Position numbers and translations under genes: made by a program
Notes under the pieces: generated by a model
What the model was told of the DNA's origin: nothing
The model's input: the letters and a program-made list of their open reading frames with translations, nothing else
Databases searched by the model: none
Assembly: GCF_006345805.1 (NCBI RefSeq)
Contig: NC_043009.1
Span: 52,700,001 to 52,764,000 of the forward strand
DNA length: 64,000 bases
From: Octopus sinensis
Lineage: Eukaryota
Direction: 5' to 3'
Shown here: positions 1 to 12,570 of the stretch, piece by piece
Layout of the letters: each line of letters starts with the position of its first letter
Position numbering within the stretch: position 1 is the first letter of the stretch

Positions 1-578
1 TGTTTGGACTGTAGGGAGGGTGAGGGACGGTTTTTATGCTAATCTTTGTCAAGTAGTTGGATATTAGGATGGAATTGCGGACTGTTGCATTGTCCTGGTG
101 CAGACGCTCTGGCTTTTTGCAACGAATTATGTTCCTGAACTCCATGAAAACTTCCACAAAGTACTCTTTGTTGACCGTTTGGTCAGAGAGAACCCAATGG
201 ATGTACATGATGTTCTTACTGTCGAAAGAGAAGAGTATCATGAGCTTCCCGGTAGACTTTTCTCTGCCTCTTGTGCCAGTGAAAAACAGATGCTCGACTC
301 ATACAAGTTAATCCATAAGCAGTTTAAACCATTTCGTAAGTTTTTGCAGCGTCTTTGTTTGTTCCTTGTCGAGCCACGCCTGGCTCATAAGGGCCGGTTT
401 CCGAACCCGCGATCCCTCGACCGCGAATCCGCTGCTCTAACCACTAGGCCATGTGCCTCCACTTTTGCAGCGTCTTTGCCTAATCTAACGCAAAATTTAT
501 TGCAAACAGACCTTCCAAATAGTTCTCACCTCAAGACTGCATTCATTCTGCTAGGTAATCAGGTGAGTTCAGAGTATA
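1..578 (-). mobile_element. Internally deleted mariner transposase remnant, interrupted by a SINE
   Basis: Minus-strand translation gives AIKFCVRLGKDAAK / TYEMV*TAYGLTCMSRASVFHWHKR (N-terminal HTH) and QTVNKEYFVEV...LHQDNA...TVPHPPYSPN (catalytic D and YSPDL motifs). Confidence 0.85.
358..462 (-). mobile_element. Short tRNA-Arg-like SINE with 16-bp target-site duplication
   Basis: ttttgcagcgtctttg at 342-357 and 463-478; head GGAGGCACATGGCCTAGTGGTTAGAGCAGCGGA; (ACAA)-type tail. Confidence 0.85.
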
Positions 579-637
579 GTTACAATACGTTTCGATTTGA
601 CTGATATTTGTCCTTATCTTGTTTCTTGTTATTAATA

Positions 638-671
638 CGTTTCGGCTGATATACTCTCCAGCCTTCTTCAG
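638..671 (-). ncRNA. Degenerate minimal hammerhead-like motif (CUGAAGA core)
   Basis: CTGAAGA-A-GGCTG-GAGAGTATAT-CAGCC-GAAA-CGTA; stem II perfect, stem I poorly preserved. Confidence 0.5.
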
Positions 672-756
672 ATGTTGTGGGGAAATTTCGAACCTGGGTT
701 TTCATTCCTAAGGTATTTTTCGATGTTATTATTATTAGTAGTAGTATTATTATCAT

Positions 757-833
<77 letters not shown>
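757..833 (+). repeat. (GTA)n microsatellite
   Basis: Pure trinucleotide run. Confidence 0.95.
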
Positions 834-1227
834 TTCAGGTTACTCGGATTCTTTGGGTTCGTAGCCCGCGCTGTTAACAACAACAACAACATTATCATCG
901 AAAAATACCTTATGAATGAGAAAGAATTATATCAGCCGAAACGTTTTGTTAACAACGAACAAGATGAGGACAAATATCTGTCAAATGTAAATAATGTAAA
1001 TAATGTAGGTTGTATTACATGTATAATCCATCTGACGAGCTTCTATACTTTCCGCCTACTGAGGATCGAGAAAATGTCTGCTGATGATGCGGTGCAGTGG
1101 GATTGAACTCGGAACCTCATGGAAGTATTGCGACATGGTTCTTACCGATATGGCCATACAGCACACATGTACATTTATTAAAATATGCACAAAAGGACAA
1201 TTGGATGAACAGACAAAGAGAGACAGC

Positions 1228-1229
<2 letters not shown>

Positions 1230-1310
<81 letters not shown>

Positions 1311-1347
1311 TTAGATGATAGATAGGTAGATAGATAGATAGATAGAT
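1230..1347 (+). repeat. (AGAT)n microsatellite
   Basis: Tetranucleotide run. Confidence 0.95.
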
Positions 1348-1401
1348 ATCTCGAATGATATTAAACATATCAATGAATATAAACAACACATATAATCGAG
1401 T

Positions 1402-1434
<33 letters not shown>

Positions 1435-2184
1435 CATATACCACTTATCTCCTCTATTACCTTCAGTGAATGTCTAATTATAGAAATCGCCAACATCACA
1501 AAAACAAAAGCAAAAATATCATAGCCGTAAGAACTGCAAGCAAAACAATAGTTGTACGAACAAAAAGATATGGTAGCGACAAAAGGGAGAAACCTTAAGA
1601 CTGAGCAACAAATAAAAGGTGTATATTATTGTAAATAATGCTGGGGGTTCTTGTATATACTAAAGTAGACCCAAAGGATGCCAGTAAGAGTGGGAATAAA
1701 AGAGTAATAATGAAGGGAGACAATGCAGTATGACTTAGTTGATGTTTATGTATTATAATATATCTGCTGAAGCTCGAACAATGAAGCAGTACAGTTATCG
1801 TGGCATAGAGACTTAGCTATAGAAATATGTATTGCATTGCTGTATAGGATCGCCTCTGGTCATAGTTACTATAGCCTGCTGGTGGAGGAGGAGATGGAGA
1901 TGCAAAAGGAGATGCAAATGGAGATGGAGATGGAGATGGGGGAGAAGTCGTTTATGAACATGTGGTACACTTCACTTGTTAATTGGAAGATTTATAATTA
2001 TCATGTCCCATCGTGATGATCTTCGTTATCATTCGTTCGCCTCGGCGTCACTTGTGTAGTCGTGGGTATCCGTAGTCGTCATCATCATCATCATTATCAT
2101 CATCATCGTCGTCATGTTTATCAACAAGGCTATCAACAGAACAATTTCATCACTGCACATTCAACCACAAACCAACGAACCAAC

Positions 2185-2248
2185 AAAACACGCATATACA
2201 TACGTATATATAGACATATATATGTTTACATACACACAAACGCATAGT

Positions 2249-2279
<31 letters not shown>

Positions 2280-2795
2280 ATACACATACATACGTATAGA
2301 TATACATACATATACATAGATACATACACACACACATATATATATGTATGTGTGTATATATATATATATATGCGTGTGTGTATATTATATGTATATATAT
2401 ATATATAATATATATATATGTATATATATATAATATATATATATATAATATATATATATATATAATAATATATATATGTATATATATATAATATATATAT
2501 GTATATATATATATATAATATATATATATACTCTCCAAGAACAATATGCATTAGTATATATGTATGCGTATAAATATGTGTGTTTGTGTATGCATATGTA
2601 TACATATATATACATATATGTGTGTGTGTGTGTGCGTGTGTATACATACATATATATATATAGATATATATGTATATGAATACATATGTATATATATATA
2701 TATGTTTCTCTATATATGTGTGTATATATATATGTATTTGTGTGTATGTAAACATATATATACCTATGTATATATGAGTGTGTGTATATGTGTGT
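2185..2795. repeat. Compound (TA)n/(TG)n/(CA)n microsatellite
   Basis: Low-complexity dinucleotide tracts. Confidence 0.95.
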
Positions 2796-3596
2796 AAGTT
2801 TATCATTTTTATTATTGTTTTTATTGTTTTAAAAATTAGCAGAAAACAGGAAAAGCCCGATCAAATAAAAATGGCTGAAATATTTTGGTTTTCCTCATTT
2901 TTCATTGTTTTTGTTTTTCGTTTATATTCATTCCGCCCCTTCCAATACCACTATTTCCACCACCACCACCACCACCACCACCTCCACTACCGACAACAAC
3001 ACCACCCCTCCAATGCCTCTATTTCCACTCTAAACAAGATAATATCCAGCGAATTCAATATGGATGTCATGGGTATTGTTTGACGGGAAACTTCTCCAAG
3101 TATTTTATGGTTTAGCAAACAATAGGAAGGATTTTTAATCGTTGATTGAATAGCTTGGGGCGGAATAGACCCCTGTTTGGTACCTGTTTTGTATTATGGA
3201 ATAGCAAAGAGGATGCAAAGTACCCTGATAAGGAGATCTACATCTTGAGTTTTCTATGTACGTAAGGATGGATGTAAGTATGTGAGTGTGTATGTGTGCG
3301 TGTGTGTATGCGTGTGTATTTATATGTATGCAGGACAAAGTCTGTATTTGTGTGTGTGTGTGTGTGTGTGCCTATGTGTGTGGAAGTATGTCTATGTTTG
3401 TACATGTATATGCCTGTATATCCGTGCATGTGGATGCATATATTTCTGTATGTATATTTCCCAAGTATGTATGTGTGTATGCATGCATGTTTATGTGTGC
3501 GTGTGAGTGAATGTTTTATTATGATTGTGCTTGCCCTGAATTTATAGAATTGAATTTGTATGTATGAACATATATATTTTGTACAATATATATGTG

Positions 3597-3635
<39 letters not shown>

Positions 3636-5415
3636 TGTGTGTGTGTGCTGTGTATCAGTACACAGTGTGTACACGAACATGTTTGTGTGTTAATATATTT
3701 GTGTGTGTGTGTATGTATATGTATGTGTTTGTGCGTGCGCGCGTGCGTGTGTGTGTGTGTGTGTTTGCGTGTTTGAGTAAATAATTTTTACATTTAGATT
3801 ATAAAAGTAAGAGAGTGATGAAATGGATAAAGTGGATGAACTTTGAAGAAAGAAAGAAAGAAAGAAAGTAAGAAAGAAAGAAAGAAAGGATCGAAGAACA
3901 GATGATTGGAAGGACCGAAGGAAGGAAGAAAGGAAGGAAAGGTAAAAGGCTATGAAGGAATGCTAGATTCGACTTCGCCTTTCATCCTTTCAGAGTGGAT
4001 GAATTAAGTACCAGTTGAGTACTGGGGTCAACGTAATCGACTATCCTGCTTCCCCAAATTTCAGGCCTTGTGCCTATAGTAGAAAGGATTATTTTAATAG
4101 CCCCATAAGGATTAACAATAAAGTGGAACATGGCGGGATATGAATTCAGAACGCGAAGAAGTGACGTGAAATGACGCAGTCCCTTAATCTGGAGTTATTG
4201 AAGAAGTACTGCAAACCCTTATTTATCCAGACTATCAAAAAGTAAGTGTCTTTCTCGGTTCTGTTTTTCCAGCCTTTGTTCGCATGCTGCAAGTCGAACT
4301 ATCCACTGACACAGTCCTCTCAGCATATCTATTTTCCACCTTCACTTTCGTTCACTTTCCTCTCAAAGTGTCCACCTGGCTCGTAACATTGTCCCAGGTC
4401 CTTACCATCCAGTAGGTATTGCTCAAATCAGACCACGTGAAGGTTGACAGAACCTTTTAGCTTAGCGGCGAACTGGGAGAATCGTTAGCACGCCGGGCGA
4501 AATGCTTATCGGTATTTTGTCTGCCGTTACGTTCTGAGTTCAAATGGAACTTCAATAAAGTTGAGAAGGGCTTGGCTAGAAAGTAAACGATCTATCTTCA
4601 ATTCTAACAATTTTATCTGGTTTACATTCTCTTTGGCCACCGGTTCTTAACAGAGAAAAGTTTGTTTGTACTTCCTAGTCAAAGAAAGACTTTAGGAGCC
4701 GGACTTCACTGATAGCCAATTCTATCTCAAATGGGGCATAAATCTACAAGTCCGCAATAAGCGCTCATATAATGAGCCTGTGCCAAAGAGTTCCAAAGTT
4801 CTTCATGCATGTTGAGCAGGCTTAGCTGATGACACATTCGTCTCTATAGATTTTATCCAGAAATGGCAATACCATTTGTCTCCAGAAACAGACTAATTTT
4901 CAAGATAAAAACAAATATCCATGAGAACGCCGTCACTCTTTTCCAGTATTGATCTTCTGCGAACTACTAGGATTGGAATACCAACGACCACACTGGTAAG
5001 GAACTGTAAGTAGCAGACAACATTCCAGATGCCAAGCCTCCAGTCTAAACCTCCATCAATGATACTACCTGAGGAAATACAAACATTAAGCCACAACATA
5101 ACCAGTTTTCCATGCACTGAATGTTGGCAACATATGGTGTTCGTGATTGATGGATCGATCTTATTCACAAGACGTGAAAGATAATAATCTTCAATTTGAT
5201 CAGTTAAAAATCAAGGGAAGGTACAAAGGTCAAGATATAGTAAATGACGGAGCTAATGAAACTCCACGTTTTCTAGACATTCCTGAAATGGCATTCTCTC
5301 AGCTTACTTTACGTGAGAGTGTCCACCTGGCTCGTAACATTGTCCCAGTTCCTCACCATCCAGTAGGTATTGCTCAAACCAGATCACGTGAAGGTTGACA
5401 GAACCTTTTAGTTTA

Positions 5416-5830
5416 GCGGCGAACTGGTAGAATCGTTAGCATGCCGGGCGAAATGCTGAGCGGTATTTTGTCTGCCGTTACGCTCTGAGTTCAAATTCCA
5501 CCGAGGTTGACTTTGCCTTTCCTCCTTTCGGGGTCGATAAATTAAGTACCAGTTACGCAATGGGGTCGATATAATCGACTTAATCCGTTTGTCTGTCTTT
5601 GTTTGTCCTCTCTGTATTTAGCCCCTTGTGAGTAGTAAAGAAATAGGTATTTTGTCTGCCGTTAAGTTCTGAGTTAAAATTCCGCCGAGGTCGACTTTGC
5701 CTTTCATCCTTTTAGTGTCGATAAATTAAGTACCAGTTACGCACTGGGGTCGACGTAATTGACTTAATCCCTTTGTCTGTCCTTGTTTGTCCCTTCTATG
5801 TTTAGCCCCTTGTGGGCAATAAAGAAATAA
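5416..5830 (+). mobile_element. tRNA-derived SINE family A (Meta-domain-like core), head plus two tandem body units
   Basis: Head gcggcgaactggtagaatcgttagc, core gcctttcatcctttcggggtcgataaattaagtaccag, tail ttagccccttgtgggcaataaagaaata. Confidence 0.8.
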
Positions 5831-6412
5831 GAACCGTTAGTTAAGCGATCCAGTATGTTCGTCCGACATAGGCAACCCCGATGTTGAGTCAGATGTCAAC
5901 AGAATTGTCCAGTTTTTAAGCATACCCCTTTTTTTTTTTTACCCCGTATTCCTTCATTATTGTGTTAACCATTTTCACTGATATCACCCGCCGTGGCGGT
6001 GACGTGATCCACGCATACAGACACTGCTTTCTCGTGATCCTACTCGGGAGAGAATCCACATGGCACTCATCGCTTCCCCAACATTGGCTGCAGATCCAAA
6101 ATATCCAAGATTGATGAAATATGACACACTTGACTGACCGAGAGTATGATTCGTAACCGTTCCGATAAGTCGCCATTTATTCTGACCTCTGAGTTACCCA
6201 TCCTCTAAAAACGGAAATTGTACTACGAGCAGCTGTTATGTAAAGACGATCAAATTTGAGATTGATCCAAGTGGATCCGAGCTCTGCAGAAACCAAGTTT
6301 ATTAAGCAACCTCTCTTACGATAGAATTCATGAAGATTGCTGCGGTTTTAAATGCGGGTAAAGTTAACCTCGGCAACATTTGAATTCACTCCTAGTTAAA
6401 ATGATAATGGAA

Positions 6413-6791
6413 GCACTCCGTCGGTTACGATGACGAGGGTTCCAGTTGATCCGAATCAACGAAACAGCCTGCTCGTGAAATTAACGTGTAAGTGGCTGAG
6501 CACTCCACAGACACGTGTACCCTTAACGTAGTTCTCGGGGATATTCAGCGTGACACAGAGAGTGACAAGGCCGGCCCCCTTGAAATACAGGTACAACAGA
6601 AACAGGAAGTAAGAGTGAGAGAAAGTTGTGGTGAAAGAGTACAGCAGGGATCACCACCATCCCCTGCCGGAGCCTCGTGGAGCTTTAGGTGTTTTCGCTC
6701 AATAAACACTCACAACGCCCGGTCTGGGAATCGAAACCGCGATCCTATGACCGCGAGTCCGCTGCCCTAACCACTGGGCCATTGCGCCTCC
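6413..6791 (-). mobile_element. tRNA-Arg-headed SINE (resembles octopus OR-type SINEs)
   Basis: Head GGAGGCGCAATGGCCCAGTGGTTAGGGCAGCGGACTCGCGG with A/B-box-like motifs; same head and body at 17345-17538. Confidence 0.8.
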
Positions 6792-7696
6792 TAAAATGAT
6801 AATACAACTGTTGTTGTTATTGTTGTTTAGTCTCGACTCAACCGTGGTTAACTAGACTTCAAACGTTTTCTACTCAAGGGACATTCCATCTCTTTTTTTT
6901 TTTTTTCAGACCCAATGTACCTAGGACAACACTATCCAAGATGTCTTGGCATTTTACTAACGCGATGCGATGTGATACGAGAGCGATTTGGCAGCTACTT
7001 GTAATACATTGATCAACAATTAGGGACTTTATCTGTCCATCCTACTTTTTCGTGAAGGAAGTTGGATGTAAAAGACTGAAAAAAATTTAGGCTACTATTT
7101 CTAGCAAGAGCAAGCACATAGAGGTAGACTCCCCTCCATCATTTGCTCCTGTAATACAACTGTGTGTGTATGTAATAGCGGGTTTCTATTTAAAGAAATC
7201 AATGACTGACGTTTAGTATTGGCGCCATTTTGGACACAATTGAATTTCATCTGATTTAGAAAGGTCACTTCTGTTTGAACTTGCATCGTCATCAACAAAT
7301 TGTAAAATCGTGGTAGAGAAAGAAGAAACGATTTGTTTGTATTACTAGTATTATTATTGTATTTTATCTTATACACACACACACACACACACACATTTAT
7401 ATAAGCTCTGGTGTTGTATTGCTTTGTTTATACACACTCAAATAGCTCTATGTATGTATATATATATATATATATATGCATGGGATGTAGTGGGGTGTAA
7501 TTACATAAATGTCTAAACACAGGCAGACGAACGGACAAATCTACGCATGTTTGTGTACTGTACATATTTATATATGCCTATATCGATGTGTTCGTGTATA
7601 ATATATATATATATAGATATTCTCTTTTACTGGTTTATACCAGTTGACCGCAATAAACAAGAGAAAATAGAAGCAAACACTTAAATACATTGCAAT

Positions 7697-7748
<52 letters not shown>

Positions 7749-7819
7749 TGTACATGTGTGTGTATGTGCGGAGTATTACTATGCTTGTAAGCATGTTAAG
7801 CATGCAGAAATATAGGCAT

Positions 7820-8265
<446 letters not shown>

Positions 8266-8944
8266 ATTCAGTTTATTCTAAATTTGCTAATAGTTGCGTC
8301 TTATTACTTCGATATTCTATTTCGTAGGATAGACGTCGTGTACGTGGAGTAGAGTGGTGTGTGCATGGCAGCGTGCTCTGTAGTGTGGATTGAGAAGAAG
8401 TATGGTTATGTATGTGCTTAGATATGTATTGCAGTGTACGTACAGCATAGAATGTAGTTGCGTTTGTACTGAAAGATGTGCTGTAGTGTATACTTGATGT
8501 GTAGTGTGACAGTGTATGCGCTGTGGCATGTGTGGTAGTGTGTTAGTTACGTGGAGCGGTAATGAGTGTAGTAGTGCATGCGCGCTAGTGTTCGTGGTAT
8601 GCACTGATGCTGAGTGTGTTAGTGTACGCGCTGTAGTTTGTGTGGTAGTGTATGCGTTGTGTTTGTGTGGTAGTGTAAGTGTTGTGCTTTGGGTGGTAGT
8701 GTACGTGCTGTGGTTTGTATGCTAGTGTGTTTGTTGTGTGGACTGGTGCCGAGTGGGGTAGTGTGTGCGCTGTGGTATGTGCTGTAGTGTATGAGCTGTG
8801 TGTTTTGGTTTGTGTGATAGTGCGTGCGGTGTGGTTGATGCGGTAGTGTACGCGTTGCGGTTTGTATGGTGGAGTGTTGCGGTACACTAACATGAGTATG
8901 TTAGTGTACCATTGTAGTTGGAGCGGTAGTGTATGCAATGTGAT

Positions 8945-9580
8945 TTATGCCGTAGTGTATGCACTGTGGTTTATACCGTAGTGTATGCACTGTGGTTTAT
9001 GCCGTAGTGTATGCACTGTGGTTTATGCCGTAGTGTATGCACTGGGTTTATGCCGGTGTATGCACTGTGTTATGCCGTAGTGTATGCACTGTGGTTTATG
9101 CCGTAGTGTATGCACTGTGGTTTATGCCGTAGTGTATGCACTGTGGTTTATGCCGTAGTGTATGCACTGTGGTTTATGCCGTAGTGTATGCACTGTGGTT
9201 TATGCCGTAGTGTATGCACTGTGGTTTATGCCGTAGGTATGCACTGTGGTTTATTAGTGTATGAATTTTTGGCCGTAGTGTATGCCACTGTGGTTTATGC
9301 CGTAGTGTATGCACTGTGGTTTATGCCGTAGTGTATGCACTGTGGTTTATGCCGTAGTGTATGCACTGTGGTTTATGCCGTAGTGTATGCACTGTGGTTT
9401 ATGCCGTAGTGTATGCACTGTGGTTTATGCCGTAGTGTATGCACTGTGGTTTATACCGTAGTGTATGCACTGTGGTTTATGCCGTAGTGTATGCACTGTG
9501 GTTTATGCCGTAGTGTATGCACTGTGGTTTATGCCGTAGTGTATGCACTGTGGTTTATGCCGTAGTGTATGCACTGTGGT
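8945..9580 (+). repeat. 26-bp tandem satellite (gccgtagtgtatgcactgtggtttat), about 24 copies, inside a GT-skewed block 8335-10400
   Basis: Direct periodicity. Confidence 0.95.
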
Positions 9581-9911
9581 CTGCCTGGTAATGTGTTTGT
9601 GGTATGAATTGATGCCGAGTGTGGTAATGTTCGCACTGTAGTTTGTGTGGTAGTGTATGCGCTGCGGTTTGTGTGGTAGTATACGTACTCTGCATTGTAT
9701 GCTAGTGTGTTTCTTGTGTGGACTGGTCCCGAGTGGGGTAGTGTATGCGCTGTGGTTTGTGCAGTAGTGTATGAGCTATGTGCTTTGGTTTGTGTGATAG
9801 TGCAAGTGGTGTGGTTCATACAGAAGTGTATGCGCTGTGGTTTGTATGGTAGTATGCTTGTTAAGTGATACGGAATTGAAAGTGTATATATAATGTGTAT
9901 AGCAGTGTATT

Positions 9912-10000
9912 GGTGTGCATTGCAGCGGTGTGCATTGCAGCGGTGTGCATTGCAGCGGTGTGCATTGCAGCGGTGTGCATTGCAGCGGTGTGCATTGCGG
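9912..10000 (+). repeat. 15-bp tandem repeat (ggtgtgcattgcagc), about 6 copies
   Basis: Direct periodicity. Confidence 0.9.
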
Positions 10001-10410
10001 TGGTGCATGTACTGTGATGAGTGAGGTAGAGTGAGGCATTGTATATGCTATGGTGTATGTGATAGTGTATGTATCGTGTTGGAGTGTACTTGTAATGTGA
10101 GGTGCTGTGGAGTACTGTTGCGTATGCTCGTGGTGTGTAATAGAGTATGCTTTGTGGTTTGTGTGGTACTATTTTTATGAAGTAGATCGGAGTGTGACTC
10201 TGTGTGTGATAGTTGTGTGTATTATTGTATGTGCTGTAGTGTTTGTTGAAGTGTGTTTGTGGTGTGTGTCTTGTGTGTGGTGTAGCTCGACGTGGTATAT
10301 ATGGTGTGAATTTGATATTGTGAACGTATGTAATACGATAGTGAGCAATGCGACCTTGTGTAAGTGCGATCATATGCAAGTGGATATATGTGTCATCTGT
10401 TATGATATGT

Positions 10411-10770
10411 TTACAAAAAAGACACGTCTTCAGCTACGATTTTTGCTTCAGTGCGGAACCGGAAACATTGACATGCCTACACTAAATATTTCTTATTGAT
10501 TTTGGATATCATCTGGACAGTGGACGCTTTCAGTGAAGCTATGGTACTGTGAGGATGTCGATTAGTTCCCCTTTTAAACAGCGCTTCAAACGTAGTGGTC
10601 CCTGGGATTTACATCTGACTAGTTCCTGGGCGACAAGTTTGGTGTTACACGATGGTATATATTTTCTGCTGACCATTCTTGGGTTACACGGGGTTTGTGA
10701 GAAGGTGCTAACTTTTGTTGAAATACGTAGGACATTGCACTACATACTACATCCATCGTCGGCTTAAGAA
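10411..10770 (-). mobile_element. Decayed IS630-Tc1-mariner (maT/DD37D-like) transposase, C-terminal fragment
   Basis: YVFQQKLAPSHKPRVTQEW...SPRN*SDVNPRDHYV...TNRHPHSTIASLKA...ACQCFRFRTEAKIVAED resembles FQQDSAPAH...SPDLNPLDY. Confidence 0.75.
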
Positions 10771-10907
10771 AGAAATGTCTCCAGCACCTAAACCTATCCT
10801 GTAGCTTTAATTCTAAAACTCTGTGAAAAGATGTGAGATAGCATGAGATGACCTTTGTTACTTACCAGTCCTAAAACCATCGCATTTGCTGAAACTTAAA
10901 TTTAAGG

Positions 10908-11522
10908 TGGTGAGCTGGCAGAAACGTTAGCACGCCGCGGCGAAATGCTCAGCGGTATTTCGTCTGCCGTTACGTTCTGCGTTTCAAATTCCGCCGAGGT
11001 CGACTTGCCTTTCATCCTTTCGGGTTCTTCTCTTCTCGGGGTCGATTAAAGAAGTACCAGTTACGTCACTGGGTCGATGTAACGACTTAATACCTATGTC
11101 TGTCCTGTCCTTGTCCAGCTCTGTGTTTAGCCCTTTGTGGGTAATAAAGAAATAGGATTTCGTCTGCCGTACGTTCTGAGTTCAAATTCCGCCGAGGTCG
11201 ACTTTGCTCTTTTCATCCTTTCGGGGTCGATAAATTAAGTACCAGTTACGCACTGGGGTCGATGTAATCGACTTAATACCTATGTCTGTCCTTGTTTGTC
11301 CGCTCTGTGTTTAGCCCTTTGTGGGTAATAAAGAAATAGGTATTTCGTCTGCCGTTACGTTCTGAGTTCAAATTCCGCCGAGGTCGACATTGCCTTTCAT
11401 CCTTTCGGGGTCGATAAATTAAGTACCAGTTACGCACTGGGGTCGATATAATCGACTTAATCCCTATGCCTGTCCTTCTTTTCCCCCCTCTATGATTAGC
11501 CCCTTGTGGGCAATAAAGAAAT
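10908..11522 (+). mobile_element. SINE family A, head plus three tandem body units
   Basis: Unit gtatttcgtctgccgttacgttctgagttc recurs at about 10956, 11156 and 11340. Confidence 0.85.
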
Positions 11523-11907
11523 TTGAAACTTGAATGTGCATCACGCTGGAGACATCAGAAGGATCTACACCTAACCATTTGTCATTCCAGCTGTTAGACT
11601 TTGGTTCTTAGTCGAAGATTTTCTCATCAAAGAACCAAAGCATGCCACATTCGTGATGGTTTTCAACTTTCTTAAGTAACTGCTTGGCACGAATAAAACG
11701 GTTTCCCCGTTTCTTTGCAGGCATTAGCCCAGCAAAACAATAAAAGAATAAAAATAAGTGTACATATCTCTATGTTACCATGCTTGTTTCTATGTGTATG
11801 TGTTGTGTGTGTGTGTGTGTGTGTGTATGTGTGCGTGTGTGTGTGCTTAAACGCGTCACTGCATGCTTATGCATTGCGTTAAATGATTGATTTAATCAGC
11901 AGGCATA

Positions 11908-12078
11908 GGCGTAGGAGTGGCTGTGTTGTAAGTAGCTTGCTTACCAACCACATGGTTCCGAGTTCAGTCTCATTGCGTGGCACCTTGGGCACGTGTCTTC
12001 TACTATAGCCTCGGGCCGACCAAAGCCTTGTGAGTGGATTTGGTAGACGGAAACTGAAAGAAGCCCATCGTATATATG

Positions 12079-12154
<76 letters not shown>

Positions 12155-12277
12155 TGCGTGTTTGCGCGCGTGCACACATAGATATATATACACACACATA
12201 TATATATATAGATATATATACAACACACACACATATATATGAATATATGTTTATATATATATATATTATATATATAG

Positions 12278-12316
<39 letters not shown>

Positions 12317-12570
12317 GTGTGTGTGTGTGTGTGTGTGTGTATGTGAATGTGTACATGTTTGTGTGTGTCTGTGTTTGTCCCCCCCAACATCGCTTGACAA
12401 CCGATGCTGATGTGTTTACGTCCCCCAAAACTTAGCGATTCAGCAAAAAAGACCGATAGAATAAGTACTAGGCTTACAAAGAATAAGTCCTGGGGCCGAT
12501 TTGCTCGACTAAAAGGCGGTGCTCCAGCATGGCCACAGTCAAATGACTGAAAAGAGTAAAAGAGTAAAGA
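11908..12570 (+). mobile_element. tRNA-derived SINE family B (CORE-like) with internal (TA)/(TG) tract
   Basis: Head ggcgtaggagtggctgtg, caccttgggca.gtgtcttctactatagcctcgggccgacc, tail gaaacaagtaaaagag; other copies at 16586-16990(+), 17651-18125(+), 19296-19705(-), 40740-41132(-), 42830-43210(-). Confidence 0.85.

Larger units (their letters stand above)
588..1010. mobile_element. Inverted pair of Penelope-like terminal-repeat fragments around a (GTA)n tract
   Basis: About 597-653 is the reverse complement of about 928-985, and about 705-735 of about 885-920; hammerhead-type core at 638-671. Confidence 0.6.

Noticed and set aside
98-604. 168-aa plus-strand ORF
   Set aside because: It is the antisense reading of the mariner remnant plus the inserted SINE.
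3000-3260. GIDPCLVPVLYY (GPCR TM7-like) on the plus strand and a 70-codon open frame on the minus strand
   Set aside because: Bounded by stops, with no supporting neighbouring exons or recognisable domain.
6725-6791. tRNA-Arg(TCG)-like sequence (also at about 400-462 and 17470-17538)
   Set aside because: No proper acceptor-stem closure; it continues into a repeated SINE body, so it is a SINE head and not a tRNA gene.
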